From Torpedo marmorata (Eukaryota), in contig OZ360235.1 in assembly GCA_977017645.1 (NCBI GenBank), forward strand, positions 66,030,001-66,094,000: a stretch of DNA of 64,000 bases, in the 5' to 3' direction. Of the stretch, positions 63,901 to 64,000 are shown piece by piece (position 1 is the stretch's first letter; the number at the start of each line of letters is the position of its first letter). The position numbers and the translations under genes were made by a program. The notes beneath the pieces were generated by a model. It ran no database searches. It was not told where the DNA came from and worked only from the letters and a program-made list of their open reading frames with translations.

Positions 63901-64000
63901 GTTCTGTTTCCCATCCATTCAAATCCTCTTAGGGCTAGATTTTCAGGACCCTATAGAGTTAAGTCAAAAATTAGTGATGTCACCTATGTCATAGAAACAC
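60979..64000 (+). CDS. Gmr1-like Gypsy polyprotein (Gag capsid/SCAN-like, CCHC, protease, integrase), open to window end
   Basis: Manual translation from ATG 60979 has no stop. Motifs: CHYCRKAGHMLASC, ILRDTGA, HTTPLGGHLG..CHTC, VDCVGP, SDQGSNF, YHPESQGALERF and GPY. It is missing from the ORF track because it runs off the end. Confidence 0.93.
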   Translation, partial: MDVEHFLKLPEPDTLKKAKKEQLVAIATELGIASVKPSMKKAEIGRKIVKYYIKEKKFEESMLEQFPKGKPSENIQLELKKLELESDREQKNRDLEQKKLELELERKRLDMEIDREQKRYENKEKNRKYELEKMRLENERRQEERQDQIRHPAERFLASREVRLVPPSEEAEIDKYFQHFEKVAVKLKWPQDQWSLMLQSVIKGKAQQAYSTLTTEQAADYETVKKAILQAYELVPEAYTQKFRNLKRSATQSYTEFAYEKVVCFDRWCTSEEVNNDYNQLRELIIIEEIKRCVPEDIKAYLDEKEVKTWQNSAKLADEYALTHKPKWTSGRIFQKVTVDNQKQVESKFGSGVKERDEGKWKRENNSGPICHYCRKAGHMLASCPVLKKKREKDATPNACIQSEKMHNTQEGDKFTDNVKDVFKPFVTDGFVSVKAGSKQVPVKILRDTGAAQSLVLDSVLEFCEATDTGDINLIKGIGGEVESISLHKIVLDSDLVERPVIIGVRSELPVGVSLFLGNDLAKGKVVPAVRMTTKPVIDKLEKDSDIYPACAITRAMSKKNVTVEKAVENNLVKEKVSHNQENLEKVEQSPMLHPSTDKIPKGTDLSLSRQELIARQKDDPDLAEVRDKVLSEEEIKKVPVGYYGKDGVLMRKWRPCDVPANEEWAVVQQVVIPKVYRDAIITLAHTTPLGGHLGVKKTVRKIMKQFYWPSLRREVVSFCRACHTCQVVGKPNQGPPVAPLQPIPAFSEPFSRVIVDCVGPLPKTKAGNEYLLTIMCAATRFPEAIPLRNIKAKSIVKAMVKFFTLVGLPREIQSDQGSNFMSAVFQQVVDGLGIKQIVSSAYHPESQGALERFHSTLKTMIRTYCCEKEKDWDEGVHLLLFAARESVQDSLGFSPFELVFGHEVRGPLRLLKEQWINRDVHLNLLDYVSKFKDRLHRACEMAKENLKATQQRMKVWYDRKAKMRTFKPGENVLVLFPIHSNPLRARFSGPYRVKSKISDVTYVIET

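Overview
Vertebrate nuclear DNA. The repeat content (V-SINE/CR1, Rex1/Babar, AT-rich L1, Penelope, Gmr1-type Gypsy) suggests a cartilaginous fish, possibly a ray; this is inference. The + strand carries the last five coding exons of a PPAR-alpha-type nuclear receptor (22-25699) followed by a ~4.7 kb TE-free putative 3'UTR. The - strand carries the last two coding exons of a convergent DNM1L/Drp1-type gene (57359-58174). Introns and the intergenic space hold nested retroelements and MITEs, many with readable target-site duplications (TSDs). Most notable: a 5S-rRNA-derived SINE with a Rex1-type tail (two copies), a twin-priming 5'-inverted L1, L1-in-L1-in-CR1 nesting with an internally primed 3'-truncated L1, a Penelope minimal hammerhead ribozyme relic, and DNA transposons carrying GC-rich minisatellites or a long hairpin. 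An uninterrupted >1000-codon Gmr1-like Gag-PR-IN ORF, absent from the ORF track, has a sister solo LTR. There are no prokaryotic features and no CRISPR. Coordinates were read by eye; TE ends without TSDs are approximate.
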